Positions 1 to 11,900 of a DNA stretch of 25,631 bases are shown one piece after another. Under the pieces are notes generated by a model. The model was not told the DNA's origin. It ran no database searches and saw nothing but the letters and a program-made list of their open reading frames with translations. Position 1 is the first letter of the stretch. Each line of letters starts with the position of its first letter. The DNA comes from Ginkgo biloba. Its lineage: Eukaryota > Plantae > Ginkgophyta. The translations under genes and the position numbers were made by a program. Location: NCBI GenBank assembly GCA_024626585.2, contig JANKJI020000002.1, positions 217,391,428 to 217,417,058 on the forward strand, given 5' to 3'.

Positions 1-2746
1 TCATCCCCAAGGCCTACAATGAATGCTGAGTCTCCATGTCACCATCATGTAGTAACGATAGTCTTGTCCTTATGACGTATGAACCTTAAAAAATGCTTAT
101 AAAGTGTATGCATCATGATCATATGGGAATAAGTATATGAATATTTTATATTTGAAGTGTTCCTTATGCTATAAATATAAGGGAAGTTTGTTTCAAAATA
201 TGGTGTATGAGCGTCATTGTGATCTGAATGACTATAGGGTTGATAGTGACATCAAATGGGTCAAATTCGATGCCTTTAGAACATCTAATATTGTGNNNNN
301 NNNNNNNNNNNNNNNNNNNNCGACATACCTACGATAATACTATTGGAGGAACAACTTTACAAAATTCAAGTTTTAATTCAAGGTTGAGCTTACAACCTAA
401 TATACTTACCCGCACTTTGTCTCTTCAAAGGCCAGTTCGATATCTTTATGATTTGATGTAGAGCATTTCTTCAAGCAATAATTGTCTTTAGAACCCGTGT
501 CTTTTCAAAGCTAATGCATATGGACTCCACTTTTGTCTAGGCATGAAATATGTCATGGGTCTTAATCCTTTCGATAAAAAATTCTATGATGTGATCAAGT
601 GATTTCATAATTGTTGACAAGGATGGAAAGGGTGACAACAAGAAGCCGTAATAGAACATGAAAAACAAAGACTTTAATGATTCCAAAGATAGTAGCAGGT
701 TGAGAATAGATTTCAATAGCCAAATTTGACTTACCATTGTATTTCTATTTTGTATAATATGTATGTTAATCTTATGAACATGTGTAGGTTTTATGGCTGT
801 GTGCTTTTGTTTCATATGCTCACTAGCTACATCATTGGAAATGATTGTGCATGGTACATGAGAAGTCCCAATAATGATTATGGATATTGTTAATGTCCAG
901 TAAAAAGTTTATATTTGATAAACGTTACTAATAAATGAAACTCATAAAAAGTTTATGTTTGCGATGACATCATCATTCAACCGAAAATTACCATGTTGCA
1001 TGTGCATTTTGCGACTAAAAATGTATTATGAATAGGAGATAGTATGAAATTAACTTAAATATACAACATTTATAGTAGAGTTACATATTATATGGCATTG
1101 AACTTAATGAAAAATTCTCAACATTGATGCATATATAATTATGTTTAGGTTAATAAGACTAGAATTGTTATGAGAATCAAATCCATACGTACTTTTTTTT
1201 GGGAAAATGTTGCTTATATTAAATCAGAAAACAAATAAAGTAGATCACAGGTCATTACCATAGCTGCATGAGCAAAAGATGCATAACATCCTTGGATCCA
1301 CTAGGAGTCGATGCTATTTCCTTCTTGAAAACATGCAAGTTACCTNNNNNNNNNNNNNNNNNNNNNNNNNNNNNNNNNNNNNNNNNNNNNNNNNNNNNNN
1401 NNNNNNNNNNNNNNNNNNNNNNNNNNNNNNNNNNNNNNNNNNNNNATCCCTTCTCTTATTATTGGGAGATATATTAACAAAACTACTGAAGATGTTTTTA
1501 TGCAATGAACAAACTATGTTCATTGGTAGACATCACCAATGGATCGGATTTATACTGTCCTGTATCATCAATTCCTAAACACTACAAATAAATTTTAGAT
1601 ATGGATTGGTTTGGGGAATGAGATTACTCTTAGAAGACATGCTATATATCCCCACAGAAATATATTGAGATTGTTGCCCCACACAAGGCAGAAATTTNNN
1701 NNNNNNNCTGGCTCACATTCTTGCTCTGTTTGTAGAGAGGAACCTAGAGATTCTGAAATCAAGTCACTCCTCATGGAATCTCTATAGGAATATAAACTAA
1801 CACAGGATATTTCGTGTCCAAGAATTCAAATGATTGGCAAATGATCAGTCTTCACTCCAGATAGCAGCGGGTGAACACATTGACATAGAGTAATTCTCAG
1901 AATTTGGATATAGGACCTTCAATGGAATGAGTGATAGATCCATAGCAAGTTAAATCCATAGGCCTGGAGGAAAATGCATTACTGATTTATGGTTGCTTTC
2001 ACATTGAACCGAGATGTCATATATAACTAAGGTAATAAAGTTTCAGGCTGCAGTGATAAGGATTTTCTCTAGCATATAGTTAATTGGCCATGTAGCACTT
2101 CAAGTTTACAAAATTTCATGGGAGCAGAATTTATAACCACTAGAAGGCCTCATATCAAAAGTTAGAATGGCTTGATTTGTGTTATAGGGACTACAGATAC
2201 AAACTAATGCAATGGTGATAATGGACTTGTAGGCCATATGATACAAAAAAAAAAAAGTTTGCGAGGTTTCTTGATATATGCATATTCATGTATTCAAAAT
2301 AGAAAGAAGGGAAGCCTCCATCCTTGTTCAATAACTCTTTAGGTGTTTGTTGGGAATATGATTTGGGAGTTGCATTGAGAGATCTTATTGGGACTTGTTT
2401 ATGTTTGGAAAGGCTTGAACTTGTATGTTCTAGTAAAATTTGAAGTTATCTCATGGGATGGGTCCACTTTGCACTGGATGGAAATCTAGAATAGACAGTA
2501 TAAATAGATTATATCTAATTATGCAATTAATTCTAGGTCCTAATGAGCAGAGGTTTTACATTGAAATGAAAAAATACTATCAAACTACTAAATTGAACTT
2601 CATTGCTTTTTTGGAGGAAGGGATCGGAGAGCAGAAACCCTTCACTGAGGACAGAAATTCAAGGGAAACTTGATGTCACTGAGTAGTAGACTAGTGAATG
2701 CAACAAATGGTTACCCATACAATTTGGTGGATGGTTTTTCTTTTAT

Positions 2747-2809
2747 ATGGACATAAAAACACATTCAAGAGGAGATGAAGAGGATATTCCGATGACAAAT
2801 TCAGAACAG
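2747..2809 (+). CDS. Candidate first coding exon of the ODA1/CCDC114-like gene (MDIKTHSRGDEEDIPMTNSEQ)
   Basis: ATG at 2747 follows an in-frame stop. 21 codons end at CAG|GTTTTC (phase 0), matching the phase-0 acceptor at 11742 to give ...EEDIPMTNSEQ|LKQVHQTYRKMEGDRR. A short acidic leader before this motif fits the family, but the exon is too short to be sure. Confidence 0.4.
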
Positions 2810-3462
2810 GTTTTCATTTTAATTTGCCCAAGTTTAATCCACTTATGATTTGCATTAGTGGTTTGTTGTCCTACTATCAAAATGGAATTTCCTACTCCAT
2901 TTGAATGTATCTTTAAGTGTTTGTTGATCGGATTGTTGTCATTTCCATTGAAACATTGAAGTGTCAACAGGCTGTGTATGGTGTTATTCAACCATTACTG
3001 TAACATAACAGAATGAGGTATGTCTAAGATTCTCCGTGCAGGTTTTTGTATCCACATTTTTCAGTTAAATAAACAAAAGTAAAACAGGGATAAAATGTAT
3101 GATGAATGAATGTACTTTTTTAATTGCCTAGGTGAAAAGGCCTTTAGGACAAAAAAACTTTGGGAACAAGGTTTTCTACAAAGAATAGTCATTGTTGTTA
3201 AAAATGGCATAAATACGTAATATAAAGAGGGACCAAAAATCAAGGTTAGAGGTACAGTTAGCATTCTCTGTGGTTAGTGGACCTATTTCCTACCTACTTT
3301 TATGCTGTCCATTGTTGCTCAATCTCCTCGTTTCAATTGCAAAAGAGAGTATTGTTTTTCACTGTTTCCATATCTTAGCCATAAACATTTGGCGAAGAAA
3401 TGGAAACAAAGAAAAAATACTATATTTTGCAATTTTTATATATTGTTTCAATTTCTTATCTT

Positions 3463-3750
3463 GGAACCTTAAAAAGATTGGTTGCAAACTATTGGAAACT
3501 GACCATCCAAAAGATAAATGTTATGATTAGTTCATGGCCTCTATGAAATGAAAACCTAGAAGGAGAACATGTTTACTGTCCACAATTGCAGCTATTGACA
3601 GCTCTCAAGTGAGCCATCAAAAGATTTCAATACATATGCACAAGATATGTATGGAAAGGTAGAGACTAAGATAACCAATGTTCCACTCCAGTAAGCTGGA
3701 AGAAATCATTACATCTAAAAATGAATGTGGATTAGGTCTGAGAGATCCAT
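3463..3750 (+). mobile_element. Degenerate LINE (L1-type) ORF2 fragment, region C-terminal to RT
   Basis: Manual translation WKLTIQKINVMISSW..*..AIKRFQYICTRYVWKGRD*...PVSWKK, then a frameshift to KNECGLGLRDP. This matches plant L1 motifs (W..LI.KI...LSSW; ICRNFLW.G; VSW..IC.PK.EGGLG.RD). Internal stops present. Confidence 0.65.
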
Positions 3751-4582
3751 TTAGTGTTGTCTGTTCAATTTGTGCAATAAGACACTAGAATTATAGTTGT
3801 AGGGTTCTTATTAGTGGATGGCAATAATAAGGTAAATACTTCCTTTAAAATTGAATAGTATTTTTCAACTCAGCAGTTTAATTACTTCCATAAAAGGAAC
3901 CCCCGTCTGAAAATTCATGATTACAATTTGTCTAACATTATGGACGAGTCAATATTGGAACAAAGACAATTCGGAAGAAGCCAAGTGGGTTCTACAAATA
4001 GGAGAGTTGCAGATCAATACCTTCATGTCAAGAACTCAATTTACAAAGAATCATGGGTACCCTGCAATCTCAAGCCATAAATCCGGACATGATCAATCCC
4101 TTTGAAAGAAGGTCTCTATCCAAGGAAGAAATTACATAAGCATGGCCAAGACTATCTAAGGAGAATGTATAGAGATCAAGTATATTAGTTATTATAAATT
4201 AATACTATGAATCATAATATGGATACTAATGGAGAAAANNNNNNNNNNNNNNNNNNNNNNNNNNNNNNNNNNNNNNNNNNNNNNNNNNNNNNNNNNNNNN
4301 NNNNNNNNNNNNNNNNNNNNNNNNNNNNNNNNNNNNNNGGCTTGCATCTTTGTTTGGAGGTTCACTAGGTGCCACAATGCAACATAACTCTGCACAACCC
4401 CCTTCAATGAGCTCTCCTTTCCACAAGGATTGGATTTGAGCAGTTCCCAGTGAAAATATGCTTTGAAAGTCTTTATAAATGAAAATGATTAGTTCTACAA
4501 TCATCGACTTTTATGGTTTAGTATTCCCAATCAAAATGTAAAAAGCAACGTGCCTAATGAAGACGCCATTAGTAAGAGATGA

Positions 4583-5022
4583 TGTTACACTATTGCTTAA
4601 GTCCGAGCTATCCCCTTATGTGCTATAACTTGGGCATAGACTCTCACATAGAGTTGAGTTTAACCTTAGAGTTGCTCCAAACCTTAGGAATCCCTTTGTG
4701 GCATTGTAATCTCTCAAATTACTCATTGAAGAGAGGTGTTGTTACTTAGAGGACCCTCTTGGCTCTATTATTCACATCTCTCTCCTAAGCACCTCTCCAT
4801 GGGGTTTCATCATCATATGCAGTATGTGTAACCAGGCTCCATCATTAAGCTTAGGCTTTGACATGTCTTCCAGCGATGAAATTAATGCACTCATCTTGGC
4901 TAACTTTGGCCCACTTTTTAAGGTCAAATTTGCAGGAGTCTAAGGTATGAGTTAATGCATTCTTCTTAGCTAACTTTGGCCCACCTTTCAAGGTTAAATT
5001 TGTAGAATTTTAAGTTGTAACA
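4583..5022 (-). mobile_element. 3' LTR (~440 bp) of the chromovirus at 5010-5477
   Basis: Bounded by a 7-bp inverted repeat, TGTTACA (4583-4589) ... TGTAACA (5016-5022). Directly follows a polypurine tract and the end of the integrase/chromodomain frame on the - strand. Confidence 0.75.
4882..5014. repeat. Two-copy ~70-bp tandem duplication inside the LTR
   Basis: TTAATGCACTCATCTTGGCTAACTTTGGCCCACTTTTTAAGGTCAAATTTGCAGG (from 4882) versus TTAATGCATTCTTCTTAGCTAACTTTGGCCCACCTTTCAAGGTTAAATTTGTAGA (from 4952); period 70. Confidence 0.85.
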
Positions 5023-5477
5023 TCTCTTCCTACCCTGCAGAGATCATTGCCCTCAATGAGCCCAACTTCTTTGACAAAAGAAACATATTCCCAAGTAGCT
5101 TCTTCAAGCGATTTATTAAACCACTCCATGATATACTTCGTAATGTCTTGATTTCTTAGCCTTCTTGTTCTCTCATCCAACACGCCAATTAGATCATGAA
5201 CTCCCTGTTCTATTTCGTGGACATCAAGATGAGTAGGCAAAACATTATCATATCTACATAAAGCTTTCTTTAAGAAACTTAGATGAAACATGGGATGCAT
5301 CTTGACATGAATTGGCAATTAGAATCAACAAGTCGTTTCATTGACTTACTCATGCACTTGAAAAGGGATGCAATACTAAGGGGACAACTTCACATATAGT
5401 CCTCTCAACAATGAGCTATTAGGCTTAACTCAAAGATACATCATGTCTTCCACCTCGAAAGTTCGTAGTGACCTATG
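5010..5477 (-). mobile_element. Ty3/gypsy chromovirus integrase C-terminus (GPY/F region) plus chromodomain, pseudogenised
   Basis: HRSLRTFEVEDMMYL*VKP...KLSP*YCIPFQV...LP then HPMFHLSFLKKA...VLDERTRRLRNQDITKYIMEWFNKSLEEATWE. Matches RTFEVGD.VYL / KL.PRFYGPF / HPVFHVS.LKK and chromodomain YL.KW......EATWE motifs. Several stops. Confidence 0.9.
5023..5036 (-). other. Polypurine tract (PPT) of LTR retrotransposon
   Basis: The minus strand reads AGGGTAGGAAGAGA immediately 5' of the TGTTACA LTR start. Confidence 0.7.
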
Positions 5478-5577
5478 NNNNNNNNNNNNNNNNNNNNNNN
5501 NNNNNNNNNNNNNNNNNNNNNNNNNNNNNNNNNNNNNNNNNNNNNNNNNNNNNNNNNNNNNNNNNNNNNNNNNNNNN

Positions 5578-6600
5578 CAATTTCTACACAGAATTATATT
5601 TTTGGTTTGATATGCTTATATAGTGGAGCTAAACCCTAATTTTAGGGGTTTAAGCTCCTTAGGGTAGGGCATCCTTAGTTAAAGGGCTAATGTGCTATGG
5701 TCATGATTATTTATGGTTCTGTAATGATTAATTAATGCTATATGCATTCTTTCTTATATGTTTTGAATATTCCCTACCTATATAAAGAAACCCTAGTGAA
5801 TGAATCTAGGGTAGTGAAAGCTATATGCGGAGACCTACTGGGGGATTTTTAGCCTTTGTTTACGGCACCTCTGTATGAGGCTTTTTTGTCGCCTTTGCAT
5901 GCACCATTTTAGGGCTACTGATAGGTGGGTCATAAATACCCTAGAGGTTCAAGTGGATGTATATGCTAAACCTTTTTTCTACTGGCCTACAAGCTAATGG
6001 TGTAGTTGTAGGATATATAGCTATTGATGTAGCCATGGATAGTATGGCTATTAGTGTAGCCATGATCTATGCTCTATGGATATAGATATAATGAACTTTG
6101 AGTTAGGAGGGTTCTTGGTGTATCCCTACAGTTTATTATGCTGAAAACCATTAAATGTTAGTAAGGGGGTGGATACCCAAACAAATGTTTAGGGCTATCC
6201 TGATGTCAAAAAGAGGTTTGAAATAGACCTACACTTGTCATCCTCTCTAGTGCAACATTATGGGGTAAATTCTAGCAGATACCTAATAGCTGCTAGGTGT
6301 TGATAGTTGCATTTTTGTCCTAGAGGTTTCGCTGCTTACGTAGAAGATCCCTTTACGTAGTCCCCATGGCCAACAACATGTGGCTATGTTTTTTACTACA
6401 AGTCGACTCTAGTCTAACAATCCCCTTCTTATGAACCTATTAACTAATGCATTATGGCAACAATTTCCATAAATTAAAATGTTCAAATATTTGTAATGCA
6501 TGGATTTCCACTGTACTACTTATTTATGGTTATTTTCTATTATTGAATGTATGACTAAAGTCACCTTACTTCCTTGAGCATTATTATATGTGTTTGCAGT
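5578..6600 (+). repeat. LTR-derived dispersed repeat (family shared with 14160-14340, 22635-23467 and, inverted, 23570-23750)
   Basis: 6240-6413 aligns by eye with 23120-23300 (e.g. GTAGTCCCCATGGCCAACAACATG vs GTAGTCCCCAAGGCCAACAACATG). 5578-5760 resembles the reverse complement of 23570-23750. Boundaries approximate. Confidence 0.6.
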
Positions 6601-6759
6601 TCTAATTACCTTGTTTTGCAGTTGAAGTAAGGTCTAGCTATTATAAGAAGGCATTGTGCTCTCTTTATCAAAAGGGCAAAATGAAGAATCAAAAGAACTA
6701 GAGGTAGTCATCACTTCTGATGAGCCCTATTTTTCCCTTGCACTAGTCAACACCATGTA

Positions 6760-7527
6760 ATAAAACAAAGAACAAGAGAAGCTCTTTACTCTTAAATTAC
6801 AAGTAAAGAACCAAATTGTGTCTCCAGTCTTGGACAACAACAGCGAGAAGAACTTAGTTTTAGCATCCATGGTACAAGAGCTTGGCTTGGAAACGTGTGC
6901 ACATCCAACCTGTATGAGATCAATGGAAGGAGCAAGGATGAAAGCGACAAGGTAACAAGGTAATTTAAGTTCAAGTTTGTCATTGCAAAGAAATATGTCG
7001 ATGAGATAATTGTGTTATAGTCCCTACAGATTGTATTGGTGTGCTTTTAGACATACCTTTCTTGCATGCTAGAAGGGCAAAAATCTTCCCTTATGAGGGA
7101 AAATGTGGATTGTTTAAAGATGGTAAGCCCATCATTTTGAGATTTGTTCCTACAACTAAGGCCACCATATTAATTAATAGTGCACAGGCTAAGTGGTTGG
7201 TCCAAGCTCCTCAAAAGTTTGTTTCAATTTGTTCCTAGGAATCAAAAGGAGCCGAGTTCTAAAGCGCAAACAAATCTACAATCTACCATTGAAAATGTAT
7301 CCCAACAAAAACAATTAAGTGGGATTTTGCAAAGTATGATGATCTCTTTAAAGAACCATAACATCTTCCTCCTAAGAGACTATTTCTCATGCTATTGATC
7401 TTCTTCCTGTAGCACCTTTGCCATAGCGGGTGTTAGATGAAAGGTTGGTATTGGGGCATAAGGAAATCAAGAGACAGTTGCAAGGATTGTTGGAGAAGGG
7501 GCATATCAACCCTAGGGCATCTCCATG
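6760..7527 (+). mobile_element. Degenerate Ty3/gypsy pol: aspartic protease and start of reverse transcriptase (chromovirus/CRM-like)
   Basis: EKLFTLKLQVKNQIVSPVLDNNSEKNLVLASMVQELGLETCAHP (decayed DSGS..NLIS...V..LGL), then ...KYVDE...VPTDCIGVLLDIPFLHARRA..., KYDDLFKEP*HLPPKRLFSHAIDLLP, and EIKRQLQGLLEKGHINPRASP. Frameshifts and stops; runs into an N gap. Confidence 0.85.
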
Positions 7528-9542
7528 NNNNNNNNNNNNNNNNNNNNNNNNNNNNNNNNNNNNNNNNNNNNNNNNNNNNNNNNNNNNNNNNNNNNNNNNN
7601 NNNNNNNNNNNNNNNNNNNNNNNNNNNNNNNNNNNNNNNNNNNNNNNNNNNNNNNNNNNNNNNNNNNNNNNNNNNNNNNNNNNNNNNNNNNNNNNNNNNN
7701 NNNNNNNNNNNNNNNNNNNNNNNNNNNNNNNNNNNNNNNNNNNNNNNNNNNNNNNNNNNNNNNNNNNNNNNNNNNNNNNNNNNNNNNNNNNNNNNNNNNN
7801 NNNNNNNNNNNNNNNNNNNNNNNNNNNNNNNNNNNNNNNNNNNNNNNNNNNNNNNNNNNNNNNNNNNNNNNNNNNNNNNNNNNNNNNNNNNNNNNNNNNN
7901 NNNNNNNNNNNNNNNNNNNNNNNNNNNNNNNNNNNNNNNNNNNNNNNNNNNNNNNNNNNNNNNNNNNNNNNNNNNNNNNNNNNNNNNNNNNNNNNNNNNN
8001 NNNNNNNNNNNNNNNNNNNNNNNNNNNNNNNNNNNNNNNNNNNNNNNNNNNNNNNNNNNNNNNNNNNNNNNNNNNNNNNNNNNNNNNNNNNNNNNNNNNN
8101 NNNNNNNNNNNNNNNNNNNNNNNNNNNNNNNNNNNNNNNNNNNNNNNNNNNNNNNNNNNNNNNNNNNNNNNNNNNNNNNNNNNNNNNNNNNNNNNNNNNN
8201 NNNNNNNNNNNNNNNNNNNNNNNNNNNNNNNNNNNNNNNNNNNNNNNNNNNNNNNNNNNNNNNNNNNNNNNNNNNNNNNNNNNNNNNNNNNNNNNNNNNN
8301 NNNNNNNNNNNNNNNNNNNNNNNNNNNNNNNNNNNNNNNNNNNNNNNNNNNNNNNNNGTATACATTTTTGCTAACATCAATAAAGAGAAAAGATCACTTG
8401 CAGGTAGCAGCCATTACATAGGAGGGGATCCCAGGAAGGCGAGTTACACACGCCTGTACATGACAATCTTTAAGTCGCCAACCAGATAGGGTTCTCCCTT
8501 AGTGATGTCAACCCTGCAGGTGGAGGAGGTGCCAACAAATCTTAGGAATTCTTGGTCTGGGTGCTACAACAAGGCATTGAATTGTTGCTTTTCTTGCATC
8601 GACCCAGCCTCCTGAGTGCTAGTCGAACTCTGTAGAGTCTGTATCCCTGTTCAACGCATATCACAGGGACCCATAATGCATCATGGCAAACTTCTGAAGG
8701 CTGAAGCNNNNNNNNNNNNNNNNNNTGCGCCTCTGAGCTTGACAAACACTACTGCTGTGCCAAGAACCATACATGTGAGTTGCAATTTTGGTATGATGTG
8801 GAAACAGGTCCAAGGCATCCCTTAATTGCTGAAGCAGTCGCCCAATGAACCCTTGGTGGAGGATGGGGATTTATAGCTGAGGGTGAAGAGTATGAATACC
8901 CACTTCTCAGGAAATGTGAACCACTGCTCCACAGAGGACATAGGATCACGAAGGTCATATGGAACAACACATTGTAGGAGTTAACCAGTCAATGGAATGA
9001 AGAAAACATGTGCCCTAGTTCTTCACCCGCACTAAGCTTATTGAGATTTGGGCAACCCAAACCATACCAACCTGATGAATTGGAGTTCACGTAAATAAGC
9101 GATCTAAAAAGTTGAATTTCACAGAGGCGCTCCTTATAACAAAATGTGTTCTGATCACCAAGAGCCAAAACTGCATATATAATAGGGAGCAAATTCTTAA
9201 TCAAGATGATGGCCGGATTATACACTATACATAATCTTTGTCACAAAATTTGGTCCTGAGAGGAGATGACACTCAGAATCCATAGGAGGATCAGACCCAA
9301 CACAGTGTTCCTGAATTTTCCGAATCTCCATTATCCTCCCTTTGAACCATCTCTTTCCCCATACCATTTCCTCCCTTGTTTTTTCCTAGCTCATGGCCTG
9401 GGTGGTGCTAGCAAGAAAAAAACTGTTGTTTTCTTACTTGGGCATTTGAAGGTCTGGAAAAAGCGCAGCATGTCCATATGGAAATGCTTTATTCTTCTTT
9501 CTAAGTCTATAGCAACACAGCTCTGAGGCTGTCTTTTTCCTA

Positions 9543-9710
9543 ACTCTGCTCTCCTGGGCTGTGTGGTGCCACCTCATCAAGTCCCAACAGCTCTCCTATC
9601 AAACCCTTATTTGAAATTTGGAAATTCAATTATCTAACGTATCGCCATATTACTCCTAATTCAAAATTTGACGTTTTTTTTTTTTTTTAAAGTCTCAAGG
9701 GTTTGTAACA
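9543..9710 (-). repeat. LTR 5'-terminal segment, copy 1
   Basis: Direct repeat of 10824-10979 (CCACCTCATCAAG; TTACTCCTAATTCAAAATTTGAC). Both copies end in GTAACA (TGTTAC on the - strand). Confidence 0.6.
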
Positions 9711-10823
9711 GAATTGACAGGGAGGAGTAAGAAGAAGAAGAAGTACAGCTGCCCCAACATTAAGAAATGATGAGGAATAAGGGAACACCTAGAGAGTTGG
9801 AAGGGGTTCTGCTACAGATTGCCACCAATTGTGAGGCTNNNNNNNNNNNNNNNNNNNNNNNNNNNNNNNNNNNNNNNNNNNNNNNNNNNNNNNNNNNNNN
9901 NNNNNNNNNNNNNNNNNNNNNNNNNNNNNNNNNNNNNNNNNNNNNNNNNNNNNNNNNNNNNNNNNNNNNNNNNNNNNNNNNNNNNNNNNNNNNNNNNNNN
10001 NNNNNNNNNNNNNNNNNNNNNNNNNNNNNNNNNNNNNNNNNNNNNNNNNNNNNNNNNNNNNNNNNNNNNNNNNNNNNNNNNNNNNNNNNNNNNNNNNNNN
10101 NNNNNNNNNNNNNNNNNNNNNNNNNNNNNNNNNNNNNNNNNNNNNNNNNNNNNNNNNNNNNNNNNNNNNNNNNNNNNNNNNNNNNNNNNNNNNNNNNNNN
10201 NNNNNNNNNNNNNNNNNNNNNNNNNNNNNNNNNNNNNNNNNNNNNNNNNNNNNNNNNNNNNNNNNNNNNNNNNNNNNNNNNNNNNNNNNNNNNNNNNNNN
10301 NNNNNNNNNNNNNNNNNNNNNNNNNNNNNNNNNNNNNNNNNNNNNNNNNNNNNNNNNNNNNNNNNNNNNNNNNNNNNNNNNNNNNNNNNNNNNNNNNNNN
10401 NNNNNNNNNNNNNNNNNNNNNNNNNNNNNNNNNNNNNNNNNNNNNNNNNNNNNNNNNNNNNNNNNNNNNNNNNNNNNNNNNNNNNNNNNNNNNNNNNNNN
10501 NNNNNNNNNNNNNNNNNNNNNNNNNNNNNNNNNNNNNNNNNNNNNNNNNNNNNNNNNNNNNNNNNNNNNNNNNNNNNNNNNNNNNNNNNNNNNNNNNNNN
10601 NNNNNNNNNNNNNNNNNNNNNNNNNNNNNNNNNNNNNNNNNNNNNNNNNNNNNNNNNNNNNNNNNNNNNNNNNNNNNNNNNNNNNNNNNNNNNNNNNNNN
10701 NNNNNNNNNNNNNNNGTCACAAGTAGCGAATCGTGGTTGCCCTTGCGCGAATATCCGGTTGTTTCCCCTGTAGTTCGCTTAACGGGGTTTGCCAGATTGG
10801 CCAGGTCCAAATCTACTGCGAAC

Positions 10824-10979
10824 ACTCTACTCTCCCAGGCTGTGCCGCACCACCTCATCAAGCCCCAATGAGTCTCAGGTTAACCCCTAATTCAAAATTA
10901 AAAAATTAAGAAATCTACCCTACTGCCTTATTACTCCTAATTCAAAATTTGACCTTTTTAGTCTTAGGGGTTAGTAACA
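10824..10979 (-). repeat. LTR 5'-terminal segment, copy 2, preceded on - by a weak PPT-like AGAGGG
   Basis: Similar to 9543-9710 with the same terminal TGTTAC on the - strand. Upstream on -, the sequence reads ...TTTTGTCCTATAGAGGGCCACCTA. Confidence 0.6.
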
Positions 10980-11741
10980 ATAGGTGGCCCTCTATAGGAC
11001 AAAATTTATTGTCTTTGACATAGACAAGAATCGTTGCAACTTGTATGCAACTACCACCATTCGGTACATAAACTCTAGTAAGAGAGTCTAATCATTGAAA
11101 GAGATGTAATCATCCAAGAAGCTAATCATTGTTCAAGTCCTTATTAGAATTAATCTTATAAAATCCTTGACTAAACAACATAATAACTAATTAGCATAAT
11201 ATTGAGCTAAGAATTTAACTTGGCATTAGGCCATTAGGATCACAAAACTTGACCATTTATTCAAGGATTGTGCCCAAGGTAGAAATCCTAGTGAGTTGCA
11301 ACATTACTAGGGTAGCCTCAATGGGCCATGTGAATTTGAAACATTTAATGTTTATGTTTTCCAATCTAATTCAAATAAACTAAAATATCATATTCTTAAT
11401 AGAATTTGCTTTGAAAATGTTGTCTAGCAGTCTTCATTTATTAAAAAGTTCAAAGAAGCTTTCAAATTGATTGATAATGGAATTTCTTTGCATATTCCTT
11501 TGCATCGCACCATTTTTTGAATGTAGTTGTTATGCACTTAAAGGCGTCCCATTTTCTTGTTTTTTTTTTTTGTCTTTATTCTATTGTGGCTCCATGTGCC
11601 CTTTTCTTATTTCTAAGTGGTTTCATATACCTAACCTTTGCTACCAATTCTAGTATGTGTAGTTATTGTATGCGAATGTCTTTTACTGAAATGCTATTGT
11701 GAATGGCAACAATTAATTCTACTAAATGCTGTTGCTGTTAG

Positions 11742-11900
11742 CTAAAACAAGTACACCAGACATATAGGAAGATGGAAGGTGATCGCAGAATGTATCATAT
11801 AGTCACAGAAGGAACAATGAGGCAACAACAAGCACTGCTGGATAATATGAAGTCTGAAAATAGTGCCTTCAAACAAATGGTGGACACTTATGTTATTAAG
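11742..11900 (+). CDS. Internal exon of an outer dynein arm docking complex subunit, ODA1/DC2 (CCDC114/CCDC63) family
   Basis: Acceptor GTTAG| at 11741 and donor AAG|GTATTA at 11901; 159 nt, phase 0/0, no stops. Encodes LKQVHQTYRKMEGDRRMYHIVTEGTMRQQQALLDNMKSENSAFKQMVDTYVIK, matching the family motif L...YR.MEG(D/E)R..Y.......I..Q...I..LK.EN. Confidence 0.8.

Noticed and set aside
1535-1575. GIDDTGQY resembles the tubulin N-terminal HGID.TG.Y motif
   Set aside because: Too short, and no other tubulin motif lies nearby.
5010-7527. Treating the chromodomain (-) and protease/RT (+) fragments as one intact element
   Set aside because: They lie on opposite strands with a gap between them, so they are separate decayed insertions. 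No complete element with paired LTRs and a target-site duplication could be shown anywhere in the window.
7430-8489. Long ORFs of about 300-350 aa in the ORF track (also 9767-10871, 12564-13088, 16972-17890, 21123-22172)
   Set aside because: They are open only because they span N gaps (X residues). Assembly artefacts, not genes.
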